From a virus: a DNA stretch of 37,256 nucleotides. Under the pieces are notes generated by a model. It worked only from the letters and a program-made list of their open reading frames with translations. It was not told where the DNA came from and did no database searches. The stretch spans positions 1 to 37,256 of the IMG/VR virus record IMGVR_UViG_3300031669_000108; one strand, given 5' to 3'. Each line of letters opens with the position of its first letter. The stretch's first letter is position 1. The position numbers were made by a program, and so were the translations under genes. Below, piece after piece: positions 1 through 7,549 of the stretch.

Positions 1-127
1 ATATGTAATTGTGGTTCTTTAGATATTAGTTTTAGCAGAGAAATACCAATGAATTATTATTGTGGAAAGTGTGGTAAAGTATGTTAAAGCTACTAAAAAG
101 ACTATTCGCAGAAGATATTGAAAAACA
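1..127. repeat. Assembly closure overlap, copy 1 (identical to 37130-37256)
   Basis: Exact 127-nt identity read by eye (atatgtaattgtgg...gaagatattgaaaaaca at both ends). 127 is a common maximal de Bruijn k-mer, so this most likely marks a circular or circularly permuted genome of 37,129 unique bp. Bases 1-87 duplicate the 3-prime end of CDS 37079-37216. Confidence 0.9.
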
Positions 128-149
128 CTATGATAGAAAGGGATATTAG
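81..149 (+). repeat. Junction repeat copy c, also a 22-codon mini-ORF (MLKLLKRLFAEDIEKHYDRKGY)
   Basis: atgttaaagctactaaaaagac...actatgatagaaagggatattag is related to 36303-36347 and to the start of 37079-37216. Coding status is uncertain. Confidence 0.5.
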
Positions 150-165
150 ATATGGCTTGTTTTAC

Positions 166-194
166 TTGACTTTATTATTAAAATAGGTTATACT
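166..194 (+). promoter_or_regulatory. sigma70-type promoter TTGACT-17 nt-TATACT
   Basis: ttacTTGACT (166-171) and TATACT (189-194) with a 17-nt spacer. An ~85-nt structured leader follows (cgagcagg 207-214 pairs cctgctcg 239-246; gaccc 230-234 pairs gggtc 251-255 then gcttttattt). Confidence 0.6.
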
Positions 195-279
195 AATATT
201 TATCAGCGAGCAGGTTGATTTATTATTATGACCCTTTCCCTGCTCGGATTGGGTCGCTTTTATTTAAGGAGTAGATTGA

Positions 280-864
280 ATGATAGAAGAATGGAGATAT
301 ATCACAGGTTATTATGGTGTGTATATGGTTAGCAATACTGGTAAAGTTAGAAGTCTATATAGAGAATTAAAATCTTCTTATAATCAAAAAGGATACCTTG
401 GAACAACCTTATCAAATAATGGGAAAAGAAAAAGGTTTGCGGTTCATAGATTAGTTTTACAAGCATTTAAACCATTTGATAACAAACTAGATGTAAATCA
501 TATAAATGGGATTAAAGATGACAATAGATTAGAAAATTTAGAATCCTGCACTAGAAAAGAGAATATACAACATTATTTTAATAAATTAGATGGAAAGAGT
601 GGAAGAATAGGAAAGATAAACCTATTACATCATAGTTCTAAACCTTTTATTATGATAGACCCTAAAGGGAAAGAATATTTATTTTTAAGTAGTGGAGATA
701 TGATGAGAAGATTAAATATTAGTTGTGGATTGTTAAATGTAGCAAGAAACAAAGAATTACCTTATACATTTAAAGGTCAAATGAAAGACTGGGTATTTGT
801 AAAATGGTTAACACGAGAAGAAGCAGAAGAGGAACTAGAAAAACTAAAAGGAAAGGAAAAATAG
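280..864 (+). CDS. HNH homing endonuclease (NUMOD4-like N-terminus plus HNH_3-type core)
   Basis: EEWRYITGYYGVYMVSNTGKVRS (NUMOD4-like) and HRLVLQAF...VNHINGIKDDNRLENLESCTRKEN (HNH). AAGGAG lies 8 nt upstream of the ATG. Confidence 0.88.
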   Translation: MIEEWRYITGYYGVYMVSNTGKVRSLYRELKSSYNQKGYLGTTLSNNGKRKRFAVHRLVLQAFKPFDNKLDVNHINGIKDDNRLENLESCTRKENIQHYFNKLDGKSGRIGKINLLHHSSKPFIMIDPKGKEYLFLSSGDMMRRLNISCGLLNVARNKELPYTFKGQMKDWVFVKWLTREEAEEELEKLKGKEK

Positions 865-866
865 AT

Positions 867-1088
867 ATGAATCAAGATAAAAAAAATGAATTATGGGCTA
901 GTATTATAACAACAGGTATTATATTTTTAATAATTACAATAATAAGTCTATTAGTTAATTATGGAAGTAAAAATTCTATTTGTTATAAATATCAAGAAGT
1001 TCACAATAGAACTTGTGAAGATTTAAGAAAAGATTGGCATATTATAAAAACAAAGGAAAAACTTAAAAAACTAGAAAGTGAGGACTAA
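867..1088 (+). CDS. Small membrane protein (73 aa, one TM helix)
   Basis: ATG 867 sits just after the HNH stop; the ORF-track start 804 overlaps HNH. TM segment ASIITTGIIFLIITIISLLV. Confidence 0.55.
   Translation: MNQDKKNELWASIITTGIIFLIITIISLLVNYGSKNSICYKYQEVHNRTCEDLRKDWHIIKTKEKLKKLESED
1069..1084 (+). repeat. Gene-junction repeat aactagaaagtgagga (second copy 1237-1252)
   Basis: The identical 16-mer ends two consecutive small ORFs and supplies the SD (GAGGA) for the next gene. Confidence 0.7.
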
Positions 1089-1256
1089 ATGAAATCAATT
1101 TTATACTTAATACTTATTACCATAGTTGTAATTTTACAAATTATAGGAATATTATTAACACTTATACAAATACCAATAGAATATCTAGGTAATATTATCT
1201 TAGATTTAATTGAAAAGATAGGATTATATTTTAAACAACTAGAAAGTGAGGAATGA
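1089..1256 (+). CDS. Small membrane protein (55 aa, below the ORF-track cutoff)
   Basis: MKSILYLILITIVVILQIIGILLTLIQ... The ATG abuts the previous stop. It ends KQLESEE, as the preceding ORF ends KKLESED, within a shared junction repeat. Confidence 0.45.
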   Translation: MKSILYLILITIVVILQIIGILLTLIQIPIEYLGNIILDLIEKIGLYFKQLESEE

Positions 1257-1257
1257 G

Positions 1258-1455
1258 ATGGAATTACATTTTAACAAAAATCATAGTAAAGTATTTTACT
1301 ATCCGACAACAAACATAGATTGTATTAAAAACTTTATATGCTTAATATTGACTAAAAATTACAAAAGGACTTGGAGTGGTAAGATATACAACAAAAGTTC
1401 TTTTACTATTGAAAGAGATTGTGTATTGTCAGAATATCCTGATACTACTAGTTAA
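1258..1455 (+). CDS. Hypothetical protein (65 aa)
   Basis: ORF track 1246-1455. ATG 1258 is preferred because it lies after GAGGA and after the stop of the previous ORF. Confidence 0.5.
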   Translation: MELHFNKNHSKVFYYPTTNIDCIKNFICLILTKNYKRTWSGKIYNKSSFTIERDCVLSEYPDTTS

Positions 1456-1508
1456 ACAACGGTAGATCAACTTAATTAAGACTGCCACTTTAAAAGGAGA
1501 ATGAGAGA

Positions 1509-1670
1509 ATGTATAAAAATGAATATATAGTAAAATGTTTTAGATGTGAAGAAGTCTTTAGAGGAACAAAAAAAGAATGTAAAGATTGGAAATGTTCTAA
1601 TAATTGTGAAAGTAAAGATAAAACACCAGTAATACCAGCTTATTTTAAACAAACTAACAAGAGAGGATAA
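1509..1670 (+). CDS. Small Cys-rich (zinc-ribbon-like) protein, 53 aa
   Basis: MYKNEYIVKCFRCEEVFRGTKKECKDWKCSNNCES..., with aaaaggag upstream. Below the ORF-track cutoff; translated by eye. Confidence 0.45.
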   Translation: MYKNEYIVKCFRCEEVFRGTKKECKDWKCSNNCESKDKTPVIPAYFKQTNKRG

Positions 1671-1676
1671 ATAGAT

Positions 1677-1841
1677 ATGGAATTAAAAGAAGCAATAGAA
1701 AAAGCAAATGGAAAACCAATCACAAATGGGAAGATAACATTTAAGGTTGACAATAAGAAGTTTTATGATCTAACTTACAATCAAGTAGTTATATCAAATA
1801 CAGATGAGCTTTTTATAAATAATTGGAAAATCATCGCTTGA
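1677..1841 (+). CDS. Hypothetical protein (54 aa)
   Basis: MELKEAIEKANGKPITNGKITFKVDNKKFYDL..., with gagagg upstream. Its stop codon overlaps the -35 box of the next promoter. Confidence 0.4.
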   Translation: MELKEAIEKANGKPITNGKITFKVDNKKFYDLTYNQVVISNTDELFINNWKIIA

Positions 1842-1866
1842 CAAATAAATAAATACTTGCTATATT
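1838..1866 (+). promoter_or_regulatory. sigma70-type promoter TTGACA-17 nt-TATATT
   Basis: TTGACA 1838-1843 and TATATT 1861-1866. The leader has a 10-bp stem (aactaggtat 1874-1883 with atacctagtt 1922-1931). Confidence 0.6.
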
Positions 1867-1948
1867 ATAGATGAACTAGGTATTTACTCTTTACAGGATT
1901 TCCTCCCTTTAGTTTTGGTTTATACCTAGTTTATTTAAAAGGAAGGTT

Positions 1949-2122
1949 ATGGCAAGATATAGAAACAAAAAACACCCTAACTTAACAGATTATGTTTGTG
2001 ATGAATGTGGTAAAAGATGTGGTGGAGGTCTTATAAAAGAAAGACAAAGGCAACCAGCATTAGTATTTTGTAAAACAGAATGTAAAGAAGAATATTTTAA
2101 ATTAAGAAAGGAAATATTATGA
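1949..2122 (+). CDS. Small zinc-ribbon-like protein, 57 aa
   Basis: MARYRNKKHPNLTDYVCDECGKRCGGG...FCKTECKEEYF, with aaaaggaagg upstream. Confidence 0.5.
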   Translation: MARYRNKKHPNLTDYVCDECGKRCGGGLIKERQRQPALVFCKTECKEEYFKLRKEIL

Positions 2123-2274
2123 ATAAATGGTTTGATGAAGAAAAAGAAGAACTGAAACAAGAAATTCAAAATCAAAAACAAGAAATTAAAGAATTAAAAG
2201 ATTATATAAAATCTAATAAGAAACTAATATGCCTAAGAAAAGAGTGTAAACTTAGAGATAAGGTGTTAATATGA
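2119..2274 (+). CDS. Hypothetical coiled-coil protein, 51 aa
   Basis: MNKWFDEEKEELKQEIQNQKQEIKELKDYIK... ATGA-type overlaps at both ends suggest translational coupling. Confidence 0.45.
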   Translation: MNKWFDEEKEELKQEIQNQKQEIKELKDYIKSNKKLICLRKECKLRDKVLI

Positions 2275-2528
2275 AAAGAAACTATGTAAAGAAACATCAT
2301 CTTTGTTTTGGTCTAGGTAAAGAAGGACTAGAAACATTAGGAATCGTTACTTTTGATGATGATACTACTGAAGCTATAGTTATTAATAAAAAATATAACT
2401 CTTATAAAGTAGGAGATATTGATTTATCTACTATGGAATGCTTATATGATTTTATATCAAATAAAATGCCTGATAAGTATTACAAAGAAAGAGAACAACA
2501 AAATGAAGGAGAAAATAATGTTAAATAA
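2271..2528 (+). CDS. Hypothetical protein (85 aa)
   Basis: ORF track. ATGA overlap with the upstream ORF. Confidence 0.55.
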   Translation: MKRNYVKKHHLCFGLGKEGLETLGIVTFDDDTTEAIVINKKYNSYKVGDIDLSTMECLYDFISNKMPDKYYKEREQQNEGENNVK

Positions 2529-2838
2529 AAAAGTATTCGTAATATATAAAAGAGAAGTTCATGAAGGATTAATAACAGGTCATTACATATCAAAGCAAAC
2601 AGGATATGAGAAGTTTGAAGTAGCAACTGACACTATCACAATTCAAGCTGATAAATGTATGTTATTTAACACTGAGGAAGAAGCTGTTAAAGATCTTCCT
2701 AAACATATACAATTTTTAGATGATATGTTATTTATGATAAAAAACCATCAAATATTAGAAGATGAAAAAAGAAAAGAAATGATTGGCGAACCTATGATAG
2801 CTGATTTATCAATATTCCAAAGCAAAGAAGGAGAATAA
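2518..2838 (+). CDS. Hypothetical protein (106 aa)
   Basis: ORF track 2419-2838. ATG 2518 is preferred because gaaggag lies 8 nt upstream (MLNKKVFVIYKREVHEG...). Confidence 0.55.
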   Translation: MLNKKVFVIYKREVHEGLITGHYISKQTGYEKFEVATDTITIQADKCMLFNTEEEAVKDLPKHIQFLDDMLFMIKNHQILEDEKRKEMIGEPMIADLSIFQSKEGE

Positions 2839-2840
2839 TT

Positions 2841-3020
2841 ATGAAAGTATCAATTAAAAGAGAAATAACATTTGAAAAGCTTGTAAAAATAAGTAAAGAA
2901 GAAGATAAATATTTCATATATTACAGAGATGAAACAGGAAACAATGTAATTAAAGATGAAATTATAATGACTGAGTATGAAAAGGTTAAAAAACTTCTTA
3001 ATGGAAAAGAGATGTTATAA
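2841..3020 (+). CDS. Hypothetical protein (59 aa)
   Basis: MKVSIKREITFEKLVKISKEEDKYFIYYRDETG..., with aaggag upstream. Its stop overlaps the terS ATG (taATG). Confidence 0.45.
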   Translation: MKVSIKREITFEKLVKISKEEDKYFIYYRDETGNNVIKDEIIMTEYEKVKKLLNGKEML

Positions 3021-3478
3021 TGTCAGAAAAAGAAGTAGATAAAGGTGGTATAAGACCTTTTTATAAAACTCCTGAAGAAATGCAGTTAAAGATTGATGAA
3101 TACTTTAAAGAAAAAGTTTGTCATATTCCTTTCTTAGATAAAGAAGGACAACCTTTAACTACTAAAGCAGGTAAAATAGTATATGATATTAAACCTCCTA
3201 CTATAGCTGGGCTATCTCACTACTTAGGTTTCGCAAGTAGACAATCTATGTATGATTATAAAAATAAAACACCTGAGTTCTCTTACATAATAGAGAGGAC
3301 AATCACTTTAATTGAGGAATATGCAGAAATACAACTTACTCAAGGAAACTCTCAAGGAGCTATCTTTTGGCTTAAAAATAGAATAAATAATAACTGGAAA
3401 GATAAGCAGGAAACAGAACACTCAGGCGAAGTAACTGGAATAGTAATAAAAGGCTATAAGCCTAAGAATGAGAAATAG
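3020..3478 (+). CDS. terS: Terminase small subunit (Terminase_2-like)
   Basis: RPFYKTPEEMQLKIDEYF...PPTIAGLSHYLGFASRQSMYDY resembles the HTH region of Terminase_2-family small subunits. It lies upstream of terL. Confidence 0.7.
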   Translation: MSEKEVDKGGIRPFYKTPEEMQLKIDEYFKEKVCHIPFLDKEGQPLTTKAGKIVYDIKPPTIAGLSHYLGFASRQSMYDYKNKTPEFSYIIERTITLIEEYAEIQLTQGNSQGAIFWLKNRINNNWKDKQETEHSGEVTGIVIKGYKPKNEK

Positions 3479-3480
3479 AT

Positions 3481-3627
3481 GTGATAGAAGTTTGTATAAT
3501 AGTATCTTTGGTTATTATTCTAGTGTCAGCAGTTAAATCTTCTAATAATTTAATGAATGATAATGCAATGGATTTAGCAAGAAACTCACAACTTGCAGAG
3601 TGTAATAATATTACAAAATCAAATTAG
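3481..3627 (+). CDS. Possible small membrane protein (48 aa, GTG start)
   Basis: VIEVCIIVSLVIILVSAVKSS... fills part of the terS-terL gap. The RBS is weak, so this may be non-coding. Confidence 0.2.
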   Translation: MIEVCIIVSLVIILVSAVKSSNNLMNDNAMDLARNSQLAECNNITKSN

Positions 3628-3694
3628 GTTAAATAGGATAAATGGTAATAACCGATTACAGAGTATGAAATAAAATAACAAAAAAGGGTAATAA

Positions 3695-5014
3695 ATGGAA
3701 TTAGAGCTACCACTAATAAAGCTTAGAGATTATCAAGAAGATATATGGGATAAGTTAATTAACCTAGACTACAAAGAAACTATCCTTGTTTGGCACAGAA
3801 GAGCCGGCAAGGATTTATTTTGTTTAAACTATTTAATTGCTCGTGCTTTAATGGATGTAGGAAACTATTGGTTTATACTTCCTGAGGCTCAACAGGTTAG
3901 AAAAGCTATTTGGGAAGGTGTTACTAAAGATGGTGTGAAATATCTTGACTTCTTTCCGAAAGAGATGGTTCACAAGATAGATAATCAATCAATGACAGTT
4001 CATTTAAAGAATCCAGATAATATGAGTGAAGTAGGTAGTATTGTTTCATTCGTTGGTGGAGATAGATACGATAAAAGAGTTGGAGCAGGTATTAAAGGAG
4101 CTATTGTTTCTGAGTGGGCTTTACAAAAACCTATGTTATGGGAATTAGCTCTTGAACCTATGCTAATTGAAACTGGTGGTTGGGTAGTATTTAATACAAC
4201 TCCTCGTGGAGAAAATCATGCTTCTGATACCTATGAAAATATGAAGAAAATGGATGATTGCTTAGCAAGTTTATTAACTATTGATGACACAAATATTGTT
4301 GATCCTAGTGTTATTCAAAGACAAAGGGAACGAGGAAAACCTGAAGAAATTATACAACAAGAGTATTATTGCTCTTTTGAAGGTGCTATTCACGGTTCAT
4401 ATTATGGAGATATACTAAAGAAGTTAAAGAAAACTCAAGTTATGAATGTTCCTTATGACGGACAAGCACTAGTTCATACAATATGGGATTTAGGTGTTAG
4501 TGATAGCATGGCGATATGGTTCATTCAATTTGTTGGTAGAGAGATAAGAGTATTGGATTATTACGAAGCTAGTGGCTTTGGATTAAGTCATTATGCTAGT
4601 GTTATTCAATCAAAACCATATAATTATTGTTTCCATAATCTTCCTCATGATGGAGGAAATAGAACATTATCAGCTACAGAAAAAGCAATGACTATAGAAC
4701 AGCAATTAAGAACATTAGGGCTTGAGAATGTTAGATGTATTCCACGAACAAATGATGTTTATGGGGATATACAAATGGTTAGGTCTATACTTTCAAGATG
4801 TGTATTTGATGAAGTCAAGACAAAAGAAGGATATAGTTGCTTGAAACAATATCGTAGAGAATGGAATGAGAAGATGGCAAGGTTCAAGGATAGTCCATTG
4901 CATGACTGGAGTTCTCATGGAGCAGATGCTTTTAGAATACTGCCTTATATATTACAGCAAAGTGGAGGAGTTAAGAAAATGCAAACAATAAGGTTTAAAG
5001 GGTTGAAGATTTAA
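3695..5014 (+). CDS. terL: Terminase large subunit
   Basis: 439 aa. LRDYQEDIW...WHRRAGKD (Walker A-like) and a nuclease-half pattern IWDLGVSDSMAIWF...HD. Positioned upstream of the portal gene. Confidence 0.8.
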   Translation: MELELPLIKLRDYQEDIWDKLINLDYKETILVWHRRAGKDLFCLNYLIARALMDVGNYWFILPEAQQVRKAIWEGVTKDGVKYLDFFPKEMVHKIDNQSMTVHLKNPDNMSEVGSIVSFVGGDRYDKRVGAGIKGAIVSEWALQKPMLWELALEPMLIETGGWVVFNTTPRGENHASDTYENMKKMDDCLASLLTIDDTNIVDPSVIQRQRERGKPEEIIQQEYYCSFEGAIHGSYYGDILKKLKKTQVMNVPYDGQALVHTIWDLGVSDSMAIWFIQFVGREIRVLDYYEASGFGLSHYASVIQSKPYNYCFHNLPHDGGNRTLSATEKAMTIEQQLRTLGLENVRCIPRTNDVYGDIQMVRSILSRCVFDEVKTKEGYSCLKQYRREWNEKMARFKDSPLHDWSSHGADAFRILPYILQQSGGVKKMQTIRFKGLKI

Positions 5015-5018
5015 ATTA

Positions 5019-5047
5019 TTGACAAATGAAAATAAATTGTCTAAGAT
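5019..5047 (+). promoter_or_regulatory. sigma70-type promoter TTGACA-17 nt-TAAGAT
   Basis: TTGACA 5019-5024 and TAAGAT 5042-5047. The spacer resembles that of the promoter at 21067 (TTGACAAtGAaaATAAATT). Confidence 0.5.
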
Positions 5048-5065
5048 AAATGACAGGAGATTGTT

Positions 5066-5455
5066 ATGAATAAAGATATTATGGATAAATGGCAACCACT
5101 TATTGAGAATGACAGCGATGTTGATTTGACTGTAAGTCGTGATATGTTCGATTTATTATCAGATCAAATAAAGATTAAAGAATTTGGCAATAAAGGTGTT
5201 TTAGCTTATATTATAACAAACGAGTTCAATCAAGAAAGAAGTTTTAGTGAGTTATTTCTTTATGTTATGAAAGAACATAGAGGGTCATTTAAGCTATTGA
5301 ATAAAATTAAGAGTTTCATAGAAACAGAGGCAAGAGCCACAAACTGCGATGTAATTAAAATCGGAGCCAACTTTGGATTCAATGATGATGGGTTTAAAAG
5401 AGTATTAGAACGATGGGGTTTCGTTCCTGATACATATAGAAAGGAGATTTTATAA
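5066..5455 (+). CDS. GNAT-family N-acetyltransferase-like protein
   Basis: LYVMKEHRGSFKLLNKIKSFIETEARATNCDVIKIGANFGFNDDGFKRVLERWGFV fits the GNAT motif A/B pattern (V..hRG...L...A...g...i......N....+.+E+.GF). Confidence 0.55.
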   Translation: MNKDIMDKWQPLIENDSDVDLTVSRDMFDLLSDQIKIKEFGNKGVLAYIITNEFNQERSFSELFLYVMKEHRGSFKLLNKIKSFIETEARATNCDVIKIGANFGFNDDGFKRVLERWGFVPDTYRKEIL

Positions 5456-5727
5456 TGGCAGTAGCAACAGCAACGGCATTAACAGCAATGGCAGTAACTG
5501 GAGCAGTTCAAGGAGCTATGCAGTATCAAGCTAACAGAAAAACAAGGAAGGCACAAAAGGCATTAGCAAGAGAGCAAGCAGGTTTAATAGCCGAAGAGAA
5601 AAAGGTAGCAATGACAAAAAGAAAGTCATTGATTAAATCGCAAAGGGCTCAAGTTGGAGGTGGCGGAGGTTATTCTACTAAAAGAACAGGCTCAACAGGA
5701 TTAATAGATTCAGAACAGTTAGGATAA
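5455..5727 (+). CDS. Small Ala/Gly/Lys-rich virion-associated protein (positional analogue of T7 gp6.7/7.3)
   Basis: 90 aa with a hydrophobic N-terminus MAVATATALTAMAVTGAVQGA, then a basic region and a GGGGG run. Lies immediately upstream of portal. The assignment is by position only. Confidence 0.35.
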   Translation: MAVATATALTAMAVTGAVQGAMQYQANRKTRKAQKALAREQAGLIAEEKKVAMTKRKSLIKSQRAQVGGGGGYSTKRTGSTGLIDSEQLG

Positions 5728-5730
5728 ATT

Positions 5731-7290
5731 ATGTTAACAATAGAACAAATATTAAAGAAATATGAGAAAGCTAAGGGTATAAAAAACTCTTGGGATATTC
5801 ATTATGATAGGGTGTTTGATTATACAATGCCTAGTCGTAATGATATATATACAAGAAATACAGATGGTTCTTATGAAGAAAGAAGAGAATATTTATTTAC
5901 TTCAGTCGGAGAACAGTCAGCAGATGAGTTTGTTAATAGACTTCAAGGGGATATATTCCCTATTGGTTTTGATTGGATTAGTTTAAAAGCAGGTGTAAAT
6001 ACTTCAAAAGCAGAAATAGATAGTTTAAATAAAAGACTAAAAGCAGTAACAGACATTGCTAATAAATATAAAAACATAAGTAATTTTGATACAGCTATTT
6101 CAGAGTTCTTTTATGATTTAGTAGCAGGGACATCTGTTTTAATGGTTCTTGAAGGAAATAAAGACAAGCCTTTAAACTTCGTAGCAGTTCCAATTAAAGA
6201 ATTTTGTATTGATGAAGATGGTAAAGGTTCAGTAGGTTATTTATGGAGATCATATAAACTTAAAGGTAGAGATATTAAATCTAAGTGGATTGAAGCAGAA
6301 AATCAAGAATATGAAGATGATAAAGAATATGACTTATTAGAATCAGTATATAAATATAAAGATAAATGGATTTTCTGTGTTATAGAGCAATCAGAAAAGA
6401 AAAAGATTATCCAAAGAGAAAGTAAAGAATCTCCTATTTTATGTATGAGATGGACTAAAGCAAGTGGCGAAGTTTATGGTCGTGGTGTTGGAATGAAAGC
6501 ATTGAGAGATTTAAAAACTTTAAATAAGGTTATGGAAAATTCTTTAATAGCTCAAGGATTTACTTTACCAATGTTCTTGGCTCAACAAGATGGAATGTTA
6601 GATGTTGATAATATAGTTATAGAACCTGGTGCAGTTATTCCCGTTCCATCAACAGCGACAGGAAATCCTAGTATAACTCCGTTACAAATAAATACTAATC
6701 ATGATATATCTACTTATAAAACAGAAGAAATAGCTATGGGTATTAAAAAGACTATGATGGCTTCAACATTGCCGGGAGAATTAAAGTCAAATATGACAGC
6801 AACAGAAGTTATGCAAAGACAACAAGATTTAATGATTAACTTAGGTTCTACTTATGGCAGACTATATTCAGAAATATACGAGCCTCTAGTTAAAAGAATT
6901 ATAGAAATTCTTCTTAGAAGAGAACTTATTGGAGATTTTGATTTAAATACTGTTAATGGCTTAGACATTACAGTAGATATTAATACTCCAATCGCATTAG
7001 GGCAAAAACAACAACAAAATATAGCTATGATTAGAACTATTGAAATGTTTATGGGTTTAGATCCAACAGGTGCTATGTTGCAAGCTATTATAAATGTTCC
7101 ATCAACAGCAAAGAGATTGACAGAACAATCAGGCTTCCCTGCTGATCTAATATTCTCAGAAGATATGATTAAAGCTAATTTAACAAAAAATGCTTCTAAT
7201 CAAAAGCAAGCTATGGATGAAGAAAAAGATGATGATGCAACAAGGGAAATAATTGTTAATAAGTCAAAAGGAAAATCTACGAATGAGTAA
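5731..7290 (+). CDS. Portal (head-tail connector) protein, T7 gp8-like by size and position
   Basis: 519 aa, between terL and scaffold. The rest of the module is T7-like. Not confirmed by a motif. Confidence 0.7.
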   Translation: MLTIEQILKKYEKAKGIKNSWDIHYDRVFDYTMPSRNDIYTRNTDGSYEERREYLFTSVGEQSADEFVNRLQGDIFPIGFDWISLKAGVNTSKAEIDSLNKRLKAVTDIANKYKNISNFDTAISEFFYDLVAGTSVLMVLEGNKDKPLNFVAVPIKEFCIDEDGKGSVGYLWRSYKLKGRDIKSKWIEAENQEYEDDKEYDLLESVYKYKDKWIFCVIEQSEKKKIIQRESKESPILCMRWTKASGEVYGRGVGMKALRDLKTLNKVMENSLIAQGFTLPMFLAQQDGMLDVDNIVIEPGAVIPVPSTATGNPSITPLQINTNHDISTYKTEEIAMGIKKTMMASTLPGELKSNMTATEVMQRQQDLMINLGSTYGRLYSEIYEPLVKRIIEILLRRELIGDFDLNTVNGLDITVDINTPIALGQKQQQNIAMIRTIEMFMGLDPTGAMLQAIINVPSTAKRLTEQSGFPADLIFSEDMIKANLTKNASNQKQAMDEEKDDDATREIIVNKSKGKSTNE

Positions 7291-7549
7291 TGATAAGAAA
7301 ATAAAGATGTCAGATATGATGACAGACAAAGCTAAAGAAATTTATAATCAAAATAGAAACCAAAAGATTAAAGATTATATAGATACCTTTGATACTCCAC
7401 AAGGCAAGAGAGTATTAGAGGATATAGAACAATCAGTATATAATGACTGTTCTGAGCCACTTAACCCGTATGCTGTTATGAGAAAAGATGCAGTTCTTCA
7501 TCTCATAAAAGTATATATACCAACTAAATTAAAACAGAAGGAGAAATAA
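7283..7549 (+). CDS. Hypothetical protein (88 aa)
   Basis: ORF track 7253-7549. ATG 7283 overlaps the portal stop and follows aaagga. Confidence 0.5.
   Translation: MSNDKKIKMSDMMTDKAKEIYNQNRNQKIKDYIDTFDTPQGKRVLEDIEQSVYNDCSEPLNPYAVMRKDAVLHLIKVYIPTKLKQKEK

Noticed and set aside
1-127. The terminal 127-bp repeat considered as a biological direct terminal repeat
   Set aside because: Its length equals a standard assembler k-mer and the breakpoint cuts through an ORF with no flanking end-type signals. A true DTR, if present, is more likely collapsed inside 26.9-27.6 kb. Read mapping is needed to be sure.
1990-2181. 63-aa minus-strand ORF in the small-gene region
   Set aside because: It overlaps two + strand mini-ORFs (1949-2122 and 2119-2274) that have SDs and coupling overlaps. 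The poly-F/L sequence is typical of the antisense of A-rich coding DNA.
3611-3639. Possible promoter TTACAA-17-TAGGAT upstream of terL
   Set aside because: Both hexamers are weak and it lacks the ttacTTG context shared by the other promoters. terL may simply be co-transcribed with terS.
5804-5986. Alternative-frame + strand ORFs inside larger genes (5804-5986 in portal, 16965-17198 in the giant protein, 21673-21873 in the fibre)
   Set aside because: They are fully nested in long, confidently coding frames. They have no RBS and no recognisable motif.
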